The notes: generated by a model from the letters alone, not told the origin. A DNA stretch of 64,000 nucleotides from Eledone cirrhosa (GCA_964016885.1 OZ024742.1:195486001-195550000); one strand, 5' to 3'; positions 1 through 17,822 are shown, counted from the first letter of the stretch. Translations and numbers: made by a program.

Positions 1-3000
1 CAACAACAGCAGCAACAGTAATAACAACAGCAACAGTAACAATAACAACAACAACAACAGCAGCAACAGTAATAACAACAGCAACAGTAACAATAACAAC
101 AACAACAGCAGCAACAGTAAAAACAACAGCAACAGTAACAATAACAACAACAACAACAGCAGCAACAGTAATAACAACAGCAACAGTAACAATAACAACA
201 ACAACAACAGCAGCAACAGTAAAAACAACAGCAACAGTAACAATAACAACAACAACAGCAGCAACAGTAATAACAACAGCAACAGTAACAATAACAACAA
301 CAACAACAGCAGCAACAGTAATAACAACAGCAACAGTAACATAACAACAACAACAGCAGCAACAGTAATAACAACAGCAACAGTAACAATAACAACAACA
401 ACAACAGCAGCAACAGTAACAACAACAGCAACAGTAACAATAACAACAACAACAGCAGCAACAGTAATAACAACAGTAACAGTAACAATAACAACAACAA
501 CAGCAGCAACAGTAAAAACAACAGCAACAGTAACAATAACAACAACAACAGCAGCAGCAACAGTAATAACAACAGCAACAGTAACAATAACAACAACAAC
601 AGTAACAATAACAACAGCAACAGTAACAACAACAACAGCAGCAACAGTAATAACAACAACAACAGTAACAACAACAACAACAACAGCAGCAACAGTAACA
701 ACAACAGCAACAGTAACACAACAGCAACAGTAACAATAACAACAACAACAGCAGCAACAGTAAGAACAACAACAACAGTAACAATAACAACAACAACAGC
801 AGCAACAGTAATAACAACAGCAACAGTAACAATAACAACAACAACAGCAGCAACAGTAATAACAACAGCAACGGTAACAACAACAACAACAGCAGCAGCA
901 ACAGTAAAAACACAACAGTAACAATAACAACAGCAACAACAACAGCAGCAACAGTAATAACAACAGCAACAGTAACAACAACAACAACAACAACAGCAGC
1001 AACAGTAACAACAACAGCAACAGTAACAATAACAACAACAACAGTAACAATAACAACAGCAACAGTAACAACAACAACAGCAGCAACAGTAATAACAACA
1101 GCAACAGTAACAATAACAACAACAACAACAGCAGCAATAGTAATAACAACAGCAACAGTAACAACAACAACAACAGCAGCAACAGTAATAACAACAGCAA
1201 CAGTAACAACAACAACAACAACACCAGCAGCAACAGTAATAACAACAGCAACAGTAACAATAACAACAACAACAACAGCAGCAACAGTAATAACAACAGC
1301 AACAGTAACAATAACAACAACAACAGCAGCAACAGTAAAAACAACAGCAACAGTAACAATAACAACAACAACAACAGCAGCAACAGTAAAAACAACAGCA
1401 ACAGTAACAATAACAACAACAACAACAGCAGCAACAGTAATAACAACAGCAACAGTAACAATAACAACAACAACAACAGCAGCAACAGTAATAACAACAG
1501 CAACAGTAACAATAACAACAACAACAACAGCAGCAACAGTAATAACAACAGCAACAGTAACATAACAACAACAACAGCAGCAACAGTTATACAACAGCAA
1601 CAGTAACAATAACAACAACAACAACAGCAGCAACAGTAATAACAACAGCAACAGTAACAATAACAACAACAACAACAGCAGCAACAGTAATAACAACAGC
1701 AACAGTAACAATAACAACAACAACAACAGCAGCAACAGTAATAACAAGACCAACAGTAACAATAACAACAACAACAACAGCAGCAACAGTAATAACAACA
1801 GCAACAGTAACAATAACAACAACAACAACAGCAGCAACAGTAATAACAAGACCAACAGTAACAATAACAACAACAACAACAGCAGCAACAGTAATAACAA
1901 CAGAAACAGTAACAATAACAACAACAACAGCAGCAACAGTAATAACAACAGCAACAGTAACAATAACAACAACAACAACAGCAGCAACAGTAATAACAAG
2001 ACCAACAGTAACAATAACAACAACAACAACAGCAGCAACAGTAATAACAACAGAAACAGTAACAATAACAACAACAACAGCAGCAACAGTAATAACAACA
2101 GCAACAGTAACAATAACAACAACAACAACAGCAGCAACAGTAATAACAAGACTAACAGTAACAATAACAACAACAACAACAGCAGCAACAGTAATAACAA
2201 CAGAAACAGTAACAATAACAACAACAACAACAGCAGCAACAGTAATAACAAGACCAACAGTAACAATAACAACAACAACAACAGCAGCAACAGTAATAAC
2301 AACAGCAACAGTAACAATAACAACAACAACAACAGCAGCAACAGTAATAACAAGACCAACAGTAACAATAACAACAACAACAACAGCAGCAACAGTAATA
2401 ACAACAGAAACAGTAACAATAACAACAACAACAGCAGCAACAGTAATAACAACAGCAACAGTAACAATAACAACAACAACAACAGCAGCAACAGTAATAA
2501 CAAGACCAACAGTAACAATAACAACAACAACAACAGCAGCAACAGTAATAACAACAGAAACAGTAACAATAACAACAACAACAGCAGCAACAGTAATAAC
2601 AACAGCAACAGTAACAATAACAACAACAACAGCAGCAACAGTAAAAACAACAGCAACAGTAACAATAACAACAAGAACAGCAGCAACAGTAACAATAACA
2701 ACAACAACAACAGCAGCAACAGTAAAAACAACAGCAACAGTAACAATAACAACAACAACAACAGCAGCAACAGTAAAAACAACAGCAACAGTAACAATAA
2801 CAACAACAACAACAGCAGCAACAGTAATAACAACAGCAACAGTAACAATAACAACAACAACAACAGCAGCAACAGTAAAAACAACAGCAACAGTAACAAT
2901 AACAACAACAACAGCAGCAACAGTAATAACAACAGCAACAGTAACAATAACAACAACAACAACAGCAGCAACAGTAATAACAACAGCAACAGTAACAATA

Positions 3001-6000
3001 ACAACAACAACAACAGCAACAGTAAAAACAACAGCAACAGTAACAATAACAACAACAACAACAGCAGCAACAGTAATAACAACAGCAACAGTAACAATAA
3101 CAACCACAACAACAGCAGCAACAGTAAAAACAACAGCAACAGTAACAATAACAACAACAACAGCAGCAACAGTAATAACAACAGCAACAGTAACAATAAC
3201 AACAACAACAACAGCAGCAACAGTAATAACAACAGCAACAGTAACAATAACAACAACAACAGCAGCAACAGTAAAAACAACAGCAACAGTAACAATAACA
3301 ACAACAACAGCAGCAGCAACAGTAATAACAACAGCAACAGTAACAATAACAACAACAACAGTAACAATAACAACAGCAACAGTAACAACAACAACAACAG
3401 CAACAGTAATAACAACAGCAACAGTAACAATAACAACAACAACAACAACAGCAGCAACAGTAAAAACAACAGCAACAGTAACAACAACAACAACAACAAC
3501 AGCAGCAACAGTAAAAACAACAGCAACAGTAACAATAACAACAACAGCAGCAACAGTAATAACAACAGCAACAGTAACAACAACAACAACAACAACAGCA
3601 GCAACAGTAATAACAACAGCAACAGTAACAATAACAACAACAACAGCAGGAACAGTAATAACAACAGCAACAGCAACAGTAACAATAACAATAACAGCAG
3701 CAACAGTAATAACAACAGCAACAGTAACAATAACAACAACAACAGCAGCAACAGTAACAACACCAACAACAACAACAGCAGCAACAGTAACAAAAGCAAC
3801 AGTAACAATAACAACAACAACAGCAGCAACAGTAATAATAACAGCAACAGTAACAATAACAACAACAACAACAGCAGCAACAGCAATACAACAGCAACAG
3901 TAACAATAACAACAACAACAACAACAACAACAGCAGCAACAGTAATAACAAGACCAACAGTAACAATAACAACAACAACAACAGCAGCAACAGTAATAAC
4001 AACAGCAACAGTAACAATAACAACAACAACAACAGCAGCAACAGTAAAAACAACAGCAACAGTAACAATAACAACAACAACAACAGCAGCAACAGTAATA
4101 ACAACAGCAACAGTAACAATAACAACAACAACAACAGCAGCAACAGTAATAACAACAGCAACAGTAACAATAACAACAACAACAGCAGCAACAGTAAAAA
4201 CAACAGCAACAGTAACAATAACAACAACAACAGCAGCAGCAACAGTAAAAACAACAGCAACAGTAACAATAACAACAACAACAACAGCAGCAACAGTAAT
4301 AACAACAGCAACAGTAACAATAACATCAACAACAACAGCAGCAACAGTAATAACAACAGCAACAGTAACAATAACAACAACAACAACAGCAGCAACAGTA
4401 ATAACAACAGCAACAGTAACATAACAACAACAACAGCAGCAACAGTAATACAACAGCAACAGTAACAATAACAACAACAACAACAGCAGCAACAGTAATA
4501 ACAACAGCAACAGTAACAATAACAACAACAACAACAGCAGCAACAGTAATAACAACAGCAACAGTAACAATAACAACAACAACAACAGCAGCAACAGTAA
4601 TAACAAGACCCACAGTAACAATAACAACAACAACAACAGCAGCAACAGTAATAACAACAGCAACAGTAACAATAACAACAACAACAACAGCAGCAACAGT
4701 AATAACAAGACCAACAGTAACAATAACAACAACAACAACAGCAGCAACAGTAATAACAACAGAAACAGTAACAATAACAACAACAACAGCAGCAACAGTA
4801 ATAACAACAGCAACAGTAACAATAACAACAACAACAACAGCAGCAACAGTAATAACAAGACCAACAGTAACAATAACAACAACAACAACAGCAGCAACAG
4901 TAATAACAACAGAAACAGTAACAATAACAACAACAACAGCAGCAACAGTAATAACAACAGCAACAGTAACAATAACAACAACAACAACAGCAGCAACAGT
5001 AATAACAAGACTAACAGTAACAATAACAACAACAACAACAGCAGCAACAGTAATAACAACAGAAACAGTAACAATAACAACAACAACAACAGCAGCAACA
5101 GTAATAACAAGACCAACAGTAACAATAACAACAACAACAACAGCAGCAACAGTAATAACAACAGCAACAGTAACAATAACAACAACAACAACAGCAGCAA
5201 CAGTAATAACAAGACCAACAGTAACAATAACAACAACAACAACAGCAGCAACAGTAATAACAACAGAAACAGTAACAATAACAACAACAACAGCAACAAC
5301 AGTAATAACAACAGCAACAGTAACAATAACAACAACAACAACAGCAGCAACAGTAATAACAAGACCAACAGTAACAATAACAACAACAACAACAGCAGCA
5401 ACAGTAATAACAACAGAAACAGTAACAATAACAACAACAACAGCAGCAACAGTAATAACAACAGCAACAGTAACAATAACAACAACAACAGCAGCAACAG
5501 TAAAAACAACGGCAACAGTAACAATAACAACAAGAACAGCAGCAACAGTAATAACAACAGCAACAGTAACAATAACAACAACAACAACAGCAGCAACAGT
5601 AATAACAACAGCAACAGTAACAATAACAACAACAACAGCAGCAACAGTAATAACAACAGCAACAGTAACAATAACAACAACAACAGCAGCAGCAACAGTA
5701 ATAACAACAGCAACAGTAACAATAACAACAACAACAGCAGCAACAGTAAAAACAACAGCAACAGTAACAATAACAACAACAACAACAGCAGCAACAGTAA
5801 TAACAACAGCAACAGTAACAATAACAACAACAACAACAGCAGCAACAGTAAAAACAACAGCAACAGTAACAATAACAACAACAACAGCAGCAACAGTAAT
5901 AACAACAGCAACAGTAACAATAACAACAACAACAACAGCAGCAACAGTAATAACAACAGCAACAGTAACATAACAACAACAACAGCAGCAACAGTAATAA

Positions 6001-7410
6001 CAACAGCAACAGTAACAATAACAACAACAACAACAGCAGCAACAGTAACAACAACAGCAACAGTAACAATAACAACAACAGCAGCAACAGTAATAACAAC
6101 AGTAACATTAACAATAACAACAACAACAGCAGCAACAGTAAAAACAACAGCAACAGTAACAATAACAACAACAACAGCAGCAGCAACAGTAATAACAACA
6201 GCAACAGTAACAATAACAACAACAACAGTAACAATAACAACAGCAACAGTAACAACAACAACAGCAGCAACAGTAATAACAACAACAACAGTAACAACAA
6301 CAACAACAACAGCAGCAACAGTAACAACAACAGCAACAGTAACACAACAGCAACAGTAACAATAACAACAACAACAGCAGCAACAGTAAGAACAACAACA
6401 ACAGTAACAATAACAACAACAACAGCAGCAACAGTAATAACAACAGCAACAGTAACAATAACAACAACAACAGCAGCAACAGTAATAACAACAGCAACGG
6501 TAACAACAACAACAACAGCAGCAGCAACAGTAAAAACACAACAGTAACAATAACAACAGCAACAACAACAGCAGCAACAGTAATAACAACAGCAACAGTA
6601 ACAACAACAACAACAACAGCAGCAACAGTAACAACAACAGCAACAGTAACAATAACAACAACAACAGTAACAATAACAACAGCAATAGTAACAACAACAA
6701 CAGCAGCAACAGTAATAACAACAGCAACAGTAACAATAACAACAACAACAACAGCAGCAATAGTAATAACAACAGCAACAGTAACAACAACAACAACAGC
6801 AGCAACAGTAATAACAACAGCAACAGTAACAACAACAACAACAACACCAGCAACAGTAATAACAACAACAACAGTAACAACAACAACAACAGCAGCAACA
6901 GTAACAACAACAGCAACAGTAATAACAACAACAACAGTAACAACAACAACAACAGAGCAGCAACAGTAAAAACAACAACAGTAACAATAACAACAGCAAC
7001 AACAACAGCAGCAACAGTAACAACAACAGCAACAGTAACAACAACAACAACAACAGCAGCAACAGTAACAACAACAGCAACAGTAACAATAACAACAACA
7101 ACAGTAACAATAACAACAGCAACAGTAACAACAACAACAACAACAGCAGCAACAGTAACAATAACAACAACAACAGCAGCAACAGTAACAATACAACAAC
7201 ATCAGCAACAGTAACAACAACAGCAACAGTAACAATAACAACAACAACAACAGTAACAGTAACAATAACAACAACAGCAGCAACAGTAACAACAACAGCA
7301 ACAGTAACAATAACAACAACAACAACAGTAACAGTAACAATAACAACAACAGCAGCAACAGTAACAACAACAACAGTAATAATAACAGCAACAGCAGCAG
7401 TAATAAAAAC
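1..7410. repeat. Compound trinucleotide satellite (CAA/CAG/TAA), ~48-51 bp monomer with higher-order structure
   Basis: Monomer ACAACAGCAACAGTAACAATAACAACAACAACAACAGCAGCAACAGTAATA; rare variants recur at offsets of 2859 bp (2151/5010) and 5626 bp (871/6497). Runs off the left edge. Confidence 0.97.
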
Positions 7411-7981
7411 AACTACTTTAGGCACAAGGCCAGCATTTACCCAGTGTATTACTGGTACTTTATTTTATCGACCCCGTAAGGATGAAAGGCAAAGTTAGCC
7501 TCAGTGGGATTTGAACTCAGACTGTAAAGGGCCGTAACTCTATGCTGCAAAGCAAGGTGTCCGACTCTCTACCGATACTACCAATCCACCATTGCCAATC
7601 CATACTGCCAATCCACCATCCAACAACAATAATAACAACATCAACAATAACAACAACCACAACAAGAATATGGATAATAATTGTTTCTACTTTTGGCACA
7701 AGGCCAGCAATTAACCAGTGTATTACTGGTATTTTATTTTATCGACCCCGTAAGGATGAAAGGCAAAGTTAACCTCGGCGGGATTTCAACTCAGAATGGC
7801 ATGGGCCGTAACTCAATGCGTCAAAGCATGGTGTCCGACCCTCTACCGATACTGTATGGATAATAATTGTTTCTACTTTAGGCACAAGGCCAGCAACTTT
7901 AACCAGTACATTACTGGTACTTTATTTTATCGACCCCGTAAGGATGAAAGGCAGAAGTTAACCTCGGCGGGATTTGAACTC
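7411..7981 (-). mobile_element. Three tandem copies of a tRNA-derived SINE (about 7411-7590, 7680-7852, 7867-7981)
   Basis: Minus strand shows A-box-like TGGCAGTATCGGTAG, B-box GAGTTCAAATCC and core GCCTTTCATCCTTACGGGGTCGATAAAATAAAGTACCAG; at least 12 copies in the window. Confidence 0.88.
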
Positions 7982-8024
7982 ATGGATAATAATATATAAA
8001 AATTATGAATATATCAGTGGCTGC

Positions 8025-11158
<3,134 letters not shown>

Positions 11159-11190
11159 TATAACCTTCGTTTTGTGTAGAAAATTACACT

Positions 11191-11257
<67 letters not shown>

Positions 11258-11472
11258 AGTATGTATGTATACGTACATACATATATGTATACAGACGTAC
11301 AGTAGCATGTATATATATACATACAGGCACACATATATACATGCACGTATCAGTTTACCGAACATTTATTATAATGCTCGGTTTGTTCGTTTGTAAAGAA
11401 ACAAACAGCCTGAATTACGCCGTACAGTGTTTAGGCAACTACGTCACCTTTTTGTTCAACACTGACACAAGA

Positions 11473-11515
11473 ACGATGTACTAGTTTCAAGCTTATTAGC
11501 TATCGTCAGCACCGT
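11473..11515 (-). ncRNA. Minimal type I hammerhead ribozyme
   Basis: Minus strand: acggtg-CTGACGA-t-agct-aata-agct-t-GAAA-ctag-TA-catcgt; stems I and II pair, stem III is a palindrome. Confidence 0.75.
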
Positions 11516-11654
11516 ATACCTTTAAGTAAGTGCCGTACTAAGAGTGAGAAATGAAATTTCGTTTCATTATATTCCATTTATATATATATATAAATATATA
11601 TATTAGTTTTGGGAGGTTTTTTATATGAAATCATGTGTCGAAACAAATATTGTT

Positions 11655-13897
11655 ATACTTGGAGAGGGCCATATTTGTGGAATAATATTGCCAGAATTAA
11701 TAACAGAACACACTCACTGCTAATTTAATTTATTCGGTCCTCAATGTTACCAGTGACTGACTAACGGTCAAAAATACAGATACAATATAGACACAAACAC
11801 ATATATAGTCTAACAAAGTTCTTTCGTTGCACATCTGCAACATCGTCAGTGGTGCTATTATGTTTCCTCCTGTTGTATTGTATGCCTACGCCATCTTTAT
11901 TTATTTACCTATGACACTGACTACCTAGACAGCCATGACCTTAGAGGTTTCTGCCCCAGTAGACCCATAAGAGGTAGACCCCCCACCATAACCTCAATGG
12001 CAAAAAAGACTCCCATGGGAAGGTGGATTGGGTTGACCAAAGCTACACGGACCCTCCAAAACAATGATCAGGTAAGAAAAATGGTCGCACATGCAATAAG
12101 GGCTAGTATCAAAACTACCCTAAAGGGCCACATATTCAAATTCAATGAGAATATCTACACCCAAAATGAAGGAGCAGCCATTGGCGTCAGCATAGCTGGT
12201 GACGTTGCCAACCTTTTTATGGTATGGTGGGAAAGGAGACTTAAAGATCTCCTTGATGAGAGCTCCATAGACCTCATCATGTACTCTCGTTACGTAGACG
12301 ACATCAATATAGTAATAAGGACATCCCCACAAAAGAGTACTAACAAGTTTGATTTAGAACGTAGCACAATGGAAAGCATCCAGCAGATAGCTAATTCCAT
12401 ACACCAGAGTATAACTGTAACTATCGACTACCCTTCCAAACACCCTAACAATAGACTACCTGTATTAGACACGGAACTCTGGATTAACCCTTTAGACGAG
12501 AGTGCCCAAATTCTCCACTCACACTACGCTAAACTCATGGCCTCTAAATACCTGATACTCAAAAACTCAGCAATGTCCAGTAGTGCTAAGTTTAATATTC
12601 TGATCGCTGACTTGGTACGAGTGATGAAGAACGTGTCCCGCATGTGCGACCCAACAGAAATGGAAAGACACATCCAACACTTCATCAACCGCGTGCAGTT
12701 CTCTGGCTACAACCAAAGAGACAGAATCAGAGTATACGAAGGAGCCACGGAGAAGTATAAGACCCTCATAGAACTGGACATGAAAGGAATTTGGCCATTA
12801 TACAGGCGCAAATTATGGAATAGCTTAGATAGGGCTAGACATAAGATAGGGAAAGCCACCTCGTGGTACGACAACCAGAGAACACAGAGTGACATGTTTG
12901 TGGACGCTACCCCTGGAGGGAATTTAGCTAACCAGTGTAGAAAGGCCCTAAGAAAGACCCACTTAAAGATTAAGGTGGTAGAAAAGCCAGTAACCACCAT
13001 CAAATCCCTGATCAGCAAAACCTACCCTTTTAAGAAAACGCACTGTACTAATAGGAAATGTATTATATGTAAAGTAAACCTCCGGATGAACTTTAAAACT
13101 AGAAACGTAGTCTATAGCATAAGATGTACAGAGGGTACTTGCAGAAACATGACAACAACATACATAAGCGAGACAGCTCGTAGCATAGGTGAAAGGATAG
13201 ACCAACACTGGGGGGAACTAAAAGGACGAAAAAACGGTTCAGTACTATACGAACATGCCAAACAACAACACGACGGTAACATAGACAACATAGAAATTAG
13301 AATAATATCTAAACATAGAAATGACCCAGCAGATAGGCAAATCAGAGAGGCCAGCGAAATAGAACTTAGAAGGCCAAGGCTAAACAGAAAAAATGAGTGG
13401 AATAACAACACCCAAACAAACAATACTGACCTAAGAGAAGTATAAATAAATAAATAAATACATACACAAGCACAATAACAACAAACACATATAAACACAC
13501 ACTAGTAAACTAAGATAGAATACAATAACCAATACACAGTCACCCAAACACGAACACACATCAAACGCATGCGCAGAGAAGACAAAAAATAAATAAATAA
13601 ATAAATAAACAGACTAAATAAAGATGGCGTAGGCATACAATACAACAGGAGGAAACATAATAACACCACTGATGATGTTGCAGATGTGCAACAAAAGAAC
13701 TTTGTTAGACTATATATATGTGTTTGTGTCTATATTGTATCTGTATTTTTTACCGTTGGTCAGTCAATGGTAACATTGAGGACCGAATAAATTAAATTAA
13801 CCGATATAAAAGACACAGAAGCGAAAACCAACCAAACAGTGAGTGTGTTCTGTTATTAATTCTGGCAATATTATTACACAAATATGACCCTCCCCAA

Positions 13898-13900
<3 letters not shown>
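11655..13900 (+). mobile_element. 5'-truncated Penelope-like element with inverted pLTR
   Basis: About 11655-11905 is the reverse complement of about 13615-13900. Both carry a hammerhead-like core CTGA(C/T)GAtgttgcagatgtgcaac(G/A)AAA and flank an RT plus GIY-YIG ORF. Confidence 0.88.
11997..13445 (+). CDS. Penelope-like reverse transcriptase (partial) plus GIY-YIG endonuclease, 482 aa
   Basis: RT motifs YTQNEGAAIG and YSRYVDDI; C-terminal NVVYSIRC...YISETARSIGERIDQH...REASEI...PRLNRKNEW. Confidence 0.88.
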   Translation: MAKKTPMGRWIGLTKATRTLQNNDQVRKMVAHAIRASIKTTLKGHIFKFNENIYTQNEGAAIGVSIAGDVANLFMVWWERRLKDLLDESSIDLIMYSRYVDDINIVIRTSPQKSTNKFDLERSTMESIQQIANSIHQSITVTIDYPSKHPNNRLPVLDTELWINPLDESAQILHSHYAKLMASKYLILKNSAMSSSAKFNILIADLVRVMKNVSRMCDPTEMERHIQHFINRVQFSGYNQRDRIRVYEGATEKYKTLIELDMKGIWPLYRRKLWNSLDRARHKIGKATSWYDNQRTQSDMFVDATPGGNLANQCRKALRKTHLKIKVVEKPVTTIKSLISKTYPFKKTHCTNRKCIICKVNLRMNFKTRNVVYSIRCTEGTCRNMTTTYISETARSIGERIDQHWGELKGRKNGSVLYEHAKQQHDGNIDNIEIRIISKHRNDPADRQIREASEIELRRPRLNRKNEWNNNTQTNNTDLREV

Positions 13901-13965
<65 letters not shown>

Positions 13966-13974
13966 AAGAAACAT

Positions 13975-14290
13975 AGACACAAGACTCTCTCATTGGAATT
14001 TACACAACATCAACTCGGTAGATATGTATGTATGCATGCATGTGTAGATATGGATGTTATTGTATGTGTGGATGTGGATGTTTTGAGTTGTATGTGTGCA
14101 TGTGTATATGCTTTGCATCTGTATACATAGTTATTAGATGCAACATTTTTGGAATGTCTTACATATTTTTACTGTTCCATTAATGGATTGTACTTGTAAT
14201 TTCCTAACTAGTTGTGTTCTTTCTGTTCCTGTGAAGCCTAGCTTCTCAAGATTTGTATTGGGGCAGTTACTAACATATCCCAGTGCCCCA
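13975..14290 (-). mobile_element. Short 3' fragment of an R4/Dong-like non-LTR element
   Basis: Closely similar to about 49470-49775; truncation point abuts (TATG)n at 14291. Confidence 0.7.
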
Positions 14291-14329
14291 TGTATGTATG
14301 TATGTATGTATAGAAATCGTTACTACATG

Positions 14330-14517
14330 ACTAGAATTGTTTTATTCAAAAGAAATCATCAGGAAAGCCAACTCTCATTGTCAATGAGAGTTTGCTTTCC
14401 TGATGAAACGGTTCTAGTCCTGTAGAAGCCATTTCTATATTAAATTTTGTATATACCCTATTAATATATTGAGTACCTCACTTAATGTGGTTACCCACGA
14501 TTGAACCCGGGATACGC

Positions 14518-14583
<66 letters not shown>

Positions 14584-14930
14584 TGTAGGTGTATTGACAT
14601 ATAAATTACAGTACAGAGGCATCAGAATGTGCAGTAGTATGTGCACATATGTATGCATGTGTGCAAGTATGTATAATACCTACATATTGACAGATAGATA
14701 TGAGATGAGATGTCATGATCATCTGTAAATATTGGTAGACATTTCAGCCATTCAAGCATTATTTGGTGTTTTCTCTCAACCCATTGATAAAGATGTTCGT
14801 AAAGTTCATTGCACGAAACCTCTAGCTAGGGGCCTTTAATCGTGTTTACTTTACAAATAATACACACACAATCGATTTTACCCGCTTTATATCGTGGTTA
14901 TATTGATGACGTTTATTTGATCAATGAAAG

Positions 14931-14999
<69 letters not shown>

Positions 15000-15157
15000 A
15001 TAGAAGGAGCTTCTACAGGACTAGTACTGTTTCATTCAGATGAAATCTTCAGGAAGCACAGTGTAGAAGCTCCTTCTATAAAATAAAAAAATTTTACTCT
15101 ACCATGCATTGAGTACCTTACTTACTGTGGTTATCCCCGACTCAACCCGGGACCTAC

Positions 15158-15160
<3 letters not shown>
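14330..15160. mobile_element. Two related fold-back mini-elements (about 14330-14517 and 14998-15158), probably Penelope pLTR derivatives
   Basis: Internal inverted repeats, shared ctagtcctgtagaagc-type and ttgagtacct...aacccggga segments; hammerhead-like CTGAAGA...GAAAC on the minus strand near 15020-15055. Confidence 0.55.
14518..14583. repeat. (GATA)n microsatellite without a LINE insertion
   Basis: Direct reading. Confidence 0.95.
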
Positions 15161-15233
<73 letters not shown>

Positions 15234-15729
15234 TTTGTTTTACAAGATCCTTGATGTGAATCCGTGTATTTAAACAAATTGTTATACTTTGAGAGGGTCA
15301 TGTTGCCAATAATAAAACACCTGTTGTATTACACTGCATGACAAAAGGGTGGTTTCAGTTAGATTTAGGGTGCTCTTTCTGAATGTGTGTGAGTATGTAT
15401 GTCCGTCAGTTTTGCTCCATCACATCTAGATTTTGATCTACAAGATCTCCACCCTATATACCAAATTTACAAAACTGTAATGTAGTATGCAGTACGTCAA
15501 GTGTTATTTTAAGAATGCCTTTGATTGTTCCTTTTGTGACAAACTTTAATGAGAGAACTGTAAAAGTAGATATAACGCATCATAGGTCATTTGATGTCTT
15601 AGTCCAAGGAACCAAAACAACGTACAGGCACCCAAAGAAGAAATTTATTGAATGTTTCGTCAAACATGTTGAACTGGGTTTGGCTTATTGCAAGAATAAT
15701 GGTTTGATGGTGGTACTGGGAATTTCCTC

Positions 15730-16526
15730 TGGCATGGCATATTGATGGTTATTCATTGATGGTAGTGTTTCTATCTTAAAAGTAGTCCTGGGAATGAGTA
15801 CCCAGGAATTCCAGTGGGTTATTCGAGGAAGGCAAAAGAGTCATAAGACACTGGATCAGATTTGATGATTTCAAGTAGAAAGCTGGAGGTGACTTGAAGA
15901 TCATACGTTTTTTAACTAGAATGCAAAAGAGGTACATGAAGATTTTCTGATTCTTGTCTCTATGGGACAGCTGGGCTCGAAATGAGTACTAAAGTCAGCA
16001 CAATTGGCCAGCACATTATGAATGAAGATCAAGGGATAAAAGCGTTCAATGTGTACCACTAGTTTCACCTGAGCTAATTGTGTTACCATCACTACATATT
16101 AAATTTAGAATCTTCAAAAATGTTGTGATGTCTGTGGACCCTGAGGGGCAACTAACCAAGTTGCTTAAATATATATTTCCTTGATTAAGCGAAGCAAAGA
16201 CTAAAGAAGACGAGTTCGTTGGACGCAAATTGATGAAAAATCAAATGTTCAGAGATTCGTTATTGAATGAGGTTGAACGACGATTTTATGATGTGTTAAA
16301 GACAGTTGAAAACGTAAGAAAGACCCGAAGCCCGAATTATAAGGCAATGATAGTTAATCTAGATTCATTCGATGCACAGAGTGTCAAAATGTCCTTGAAG
16401 ATTCAATTTTTAAAGAGCCACTTGGATTTCTTTCCTTTGGCCTTGAGGAAGATTAGAGATGAGCATGGTGAGAGGTTTCATCAGGTGATCACTACTGTTG
16501 AAACAAGGTATCAATTTCGAGTATAA
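15730..16526 (+). pseudogene. Decayed DNA-transposon transposase
   Basis: Broken frames with WLFIDGS, GDLKII, LWDS, LPSLHIK, MSLKIQFLKSHLDFFP and DEHGERFHQ. From memory these match a widespread invertebrate transposase family (TcMar-m44-like); family assignment is tentative. Confidence 0.65.
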
Positions 16527-16530
16527 ATTA

Positions 16531-16561
<31 letters not shown>

Positions 16562-16676
16562 TATATATATATTATATATACAATTGAATATTTACTCCAG
16601 TAAACTGTTGAGTGCTCTAAATCAGTTATAAACATTTATATTTGTCGGACTTCCAACAAATTAAATACCACTTCTA

Positions 16677-16736
<60 letters not shown>

Positions 16737-16737
<1 letters not shown>

Positions 16738-16926
16738 CGAAGGAAATGTGGTAGGGAACCAGGTGGACCATAACGCACCAAAGTACTCAATACTTAGGGT
16801 AGTAGAGTGGGTAATAGGAACCAGTAAGACCCCGACGACTGAGCTCAAGCCGTTTCGACGGCTAATTCTGAGTCCAGAATTAGCCGTCGAAACGGCTTGA
16901 GCTCAGCCGTCGGGGTCTTACTGGTT

Positions 16927-16930
<4 letters not shown>
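16737..16930. mobile_element. Palindromic mini-element inserted in (TA)n
   Basis: Near-perfect ~115-bp inverted repeat at 16815-16930; related copy at about 52112-52305 and a fragment at about 22880-22950. Confidence 0.7.
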
Positions 16931-16969
<39 letters not shown>

Positions 16970-17148
16970 TATACCTAAGACGCGTGAAAGATAATTAAGT
17001 ATTGCATATGATTGAACTGTATACATTGCAGTCAGCATATATTAGACTACTAAAAAACGCACAGAAACATATGTTAAAGCCAATAAATTCTTCTACTATT
17101 TCCTCTCACCGAAGTCTATATTTGTCTTAGTGCTACACTTGCTTATAT

Positions 17149-17242
<94 letters not shown>

Positions 17243-17697
17243 TGGTTCGTGTGTGTGTGTGTGTGTATGTGCATCTACTGATATACAAGCGCCTTCACGC
17301 ATGCATATATACACACAATACACACATATAATATATGTACACATATAAACATATGTATACTCCCTTATCTACTACGTGTAAGTATTTCCACATGTATGCA
17401 CAGACATGTTAAAGGTTTAGCTATATGTCAGATCCTAAGACTAATCAGGCATGGACTTCATTAAAACATTTTGACCCACAATACGGACTGTTCAAATTAA
17501 CAGGAAGAACTAGTAATATCTCCAGTGCAACTAATTAAGTGTCGTAAGCTGAAGAGACGGGTTCTCAATTAGTGTATATGATGAATGTCTAATTAGAATT
17601 AACCAGGTTCAAGTGTCTTATAAAAGAAGGAGTGGAATGTTCTATGTGGACATAAAGGGTAGTTTTAGAGGTTATTATTTCCAATGTTTCTGTCAAG

Positions 17698-17733
<36 letters not shown>

Positions 17734-17822
17734 CATGTGTGTGCGTTTATGTGTGTATGTGTATTATTCAGTTATAATAGAATTATGTAATAAAATGGAG
17801 ATGTACGAATAAAACCGTCTCT

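Noticed and set aside
1587-7425. Long poly-Val/Leu/Cys ORFs on the minus strand
   Set aside because: Stop-free readings of the trinucleotide satellite; no domain content.
7411-7590. tRNA genes
   Set aside because: A and B boxes belong to SINE heads; no complete cloverleaf seen.
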